From contig CM074806.1 of NCBI GenBank assembly GCA_037447605.1, positions 1,178,001 to 1,242,000 on the forward strand: 64,000 nt of DNA. Reading direction: 5' to 3'. The position numbers and the translations under genes are program-made. Below, in pieces: positions 61,049 to 64,000 of the stretch (the stretch's first letter is position 1; each line of letters opens with the position of its first letter). Under the pieces are notes generated by a model. The model was not told where the DNA came from. It saw only the letters and a program-made list of their open reading frames with translations, and did not search any database. The stretch comes from Zygnema circumcarinatum SAG 698-1b (Eukaryota > Plantae > Zygnematophyceae).

Positions 61049-63875
61049 TCAAAGCCAAATGTCGGAGGTGCAATCGCCACCCGGATACCGAGTCTCATGA
61101 GCGAGAGCGGGTCCTTCCGGCAAAGCTCCAAAGTCTACGAGGAAGTTTTGATTCAACGTGAGACCACCCTTTTCCGTGTCCACGTCGATCTGAAAAAGCT
61201 GTGAGCCTCTATTCAGGAGATCCGGATAGAACTGCTTGTCCCAAGGAGAGAACAGTGAGTTTGTCACATACAGTCGTTTCCCGTCTAAGCTAAGTTGCAG
61301 CATCTGTGGCCCTCCTTGTAAGACCTTCCCCTGCACACAGCCCCGATCTCCCCTCCAGAAGTGATTTTAGAATTCTCGTGCTGCAATCTTGAGAGATTAA
61401 GTTTGACAAGGAAAACTGGTGAGGTCAAAACTCCTCCTTCTCCCTCTCTCCGTCGTCTTTAGTTAGTTATAAAATTGATTTCAAAGTCTCCAAGCAATGG
61501 GGTCCCTGAATTCACCTTCACCGAGGCAACTTCCACCTGCTCCCCGCCCTTCACAGTCACAGGTCCGCCCTTTCGAAGGGACCCTCCGACAAAGATCTGC
61601 CCGACGAGCTTGGGGCGGCGAGTGTCGCTGACGTCATACTGCCGCACGTCGCCCTGCAGCCAGTTGGAGAAGTAGAGGAAGCGATCGTCGAGGGAGAGCA
61701 GACAGTCCGTGATGAGGGCCGGCATGTGGGGGAGAGCCCACCCCTCAACTTCCTTGGCCTCCACAGTTGCCACCACCTGGAGAACGGACGCACTTGCGTG
61801 TGAGTGTGTGAGAAAGGGAGGAAAGGGGGAGGGGGAGAGAGGGGGGGATAGAGAGGGGAGTGCGAGAGGGGGAGAGAGAGAGAGGGTTAGGAACGGAGAG
61901 TAGGGAGAGGGCCGAGAGGGCGACAGAGAGAGGAAGACGGTGGGAAGGAAGAAATGGAGCAGAGCAGCAGCAGCTAAAGGGCACCAGCAATGCCTACCTC
62001 AGTTGCCCAGTCACCTTCCTCTCGTTTGTAGAAGCGAATTATTGTGCTACTCAATGCAGCCGCCACAAAACCCTCTGATCGATCCGGGTTGTGCAGAAAC
62101 CGCAGCTGTCACCTCAACACAATCGCTGTCATTTGTTCAGAGGGCAACTGCCCGAAAAAGTCTGCTGCATCGTGCCGAACAAAGCAAGCGAGCGAGAGAA
62201 AGGGAGGACAGAGGAGACAGAGAGGAAAAGAGAAGAACAAAGCTTCCAACGCTGCAACACTTTCCGCCTTACCTCGAGAGGAATCAATCCTGTGACTCCG
62301 AGGTCGATCGTCTGCTGTAACTCATGCGTCGTCCAATTCCACACATAGAGCTCCCGCCCATAGTGCCCCTCAGCCACATCCGCAGGGTTGAATCCATTCC
62401 GAAATACCTTTGGAGCACCCCAACTGCTGCTTATAAGCACATTGTGCCGAGGCTGATACCAAAAGTCGTACCCGAAAGCAGGCCTCTCTCCCTTCTCCCA
62501 CCTTCCCTTGACGTTGAGTTCCTCGTCGAGCAGCAGAAAGCCTGCACCGTCCGCATTACCGTCCTTGTCCCCCATGGCGGAAACCATGAGCTCTCCGGGA
62601 AGGCAGTGGACGGTGTGGGGGAAGGCGAGGCCCGTTTTTTCAGTTATCTCTTCCGCCTGCAAAACTTTGTGCAGCTGGGGAGCACGCGGGTCCTTTGCAA
62701 CATCGACGGCGTAGATGCGACCAGATCTGCACTCACAAATTTTATTTATTTTGGTTAGAGGAGCGATGGTCCCATCTTCCACGAGTAGATTAAGTAAACT
62801 TGACGTTCATTTCCAGATCTTCAAGATTGGGGCTATTGTGAGGCGACCTGTCTACTATGGGATAAATCATCTGTATTGAGTTATACCATGGTGCTAGAGA
62901 TATGTCAGTATAGGTGATGGGGATTTTTTGCCATAGCCACCCGCAGAGACTTAATAAACTCTGATAACTCCCCAAATGAGATACACTGAGTAAGCATTCG
63001 TGAGAAACCGCAGTTGAAGCACCGGAAAGCGTAAGTCCAAAGACGGAAATCATATTCTTTAACGCCAAAATTTATCATCCATCCCGCAACAAGGTCAATT
63101 CGGTTCGATTTCTCAACGAAGTCTCTGGTTTCAATTCATCCAGACGCGCTTTGCTCCTATTTGACACGACCAACAATCCATATCTTTCCATTTTCAGCAT
63201 GACGGGCTTCCTTTCCCTTTCTCTCCCTCCCTCTTTCCGAACGAATTAAAAGGGAGGCTGGAAAGCTCACAGGAGCGCCGGCAGGATGAGGTACTTGCGA
63301 GATTTGGTCACATCGCCATGACAGCTGCTGCACGCATTCCATCCTGCACAACGCCCACGCCAGGAACATACATCAGCATGAAATTTATTTCTTGCTTGAA
63401 TAGAGGTTCAAGAAAAGGGGACAAAAATCGCAGCAAAATGCCATGTCACGGCAGACATAAAATGTGACATTTCGCCATGGCAGTGTCTAACCGGAGTGAT
63501 GCAGCTCATCTCCCTTGTACGGCATGAATAGCTTGTGAATGATCTGGCTGTACGTCGGCGACTCCGGGTCAACATCGATAGTGGCTAGAAAGTCCGGCTT
63601 ATCCACTCCAGTTCCTAGTAACAAAACAACCCAATAGAAAAAAATAAAACGGAGTAATATAGAGATATATATGGTACTTTCCATCGCTTCCAGTCGCTAG
63701 CAATTGTGGTTCGATAATGTGTACAGCAGCAAGCAGGCAGGAGCAGCAGAAGCAGCGGCTCACCTGCGTACACGGCAGTGGTGTACAGAATCTTCTCCCG
63801 CGGCCCACCCATGGCTTCCAAGGGGCTGCTATAACCGGGCCCGCCGCCTGCAGTGCCGCCTTCGCAGCATGCCAT
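61049..63875 (-). CDS. SBP1: Selenium-binding protein / methanethiol oxidase, multi-exon
   Basis: [60 protein letters not shown] and [11 protein letters not shown] motifs. Confidence 0.95.
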
Positions 63876-64000
63876 CTTTACTCCTTCCGCGCCCCCTTCC
63901 CCTGCAAGACGACCACCCAAAAAAGGTTCCAGTAACGCGTGAGAGCTAGTGTATTTCATTAGGAATTCACGATAAATAATATGACTAGCAGAATCAGTAG

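Overview
Gene-dense, intron-rich nuclear DNA of a streptophyte green alga. The plastid rpoA resembles Zygnematophyceae such as Zygnema, from memory and not searched. The housekeeping backbone is PP5 (partial), KMS1/VMP1, tRNA-Asn, a TPR-only protein, gatA, an O-fucosyltransferase, GET3d/ArsA-like, SLP1 phosphatase, tRNA-Asp, an F-box gene, a C2-TM-LysM gene and a selenium-binding protein. Two duplication-associated blocks interrupt it. Block 1 (about 10884-21975) lies between ~2 kb diverged direct repeats and carries an apparently in-frame ~20-exon gene fusing a HIT4 (HEAT INTOLERANT 4, chromocentre protein) domain to a RanGAP LRR domain in place of the plant WPP domain. This is the main novelty. 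One of its introns contains a plastid rpl36-rps11-rpoA block that is most likely an assembly chimera seeded by a 72-bp NUPT. Block 2 (52056 to about 59968) is a tandem duplication carrying a divergent, shortened NMCP/CRWN-like coiled-coil gene, a (GGCCGCAT)n array and a 361-bp MITE with an 8-bp TSD whose empty site is visible in the second copy. All family calls come from manual translation and recalled motifs; no database search was run.
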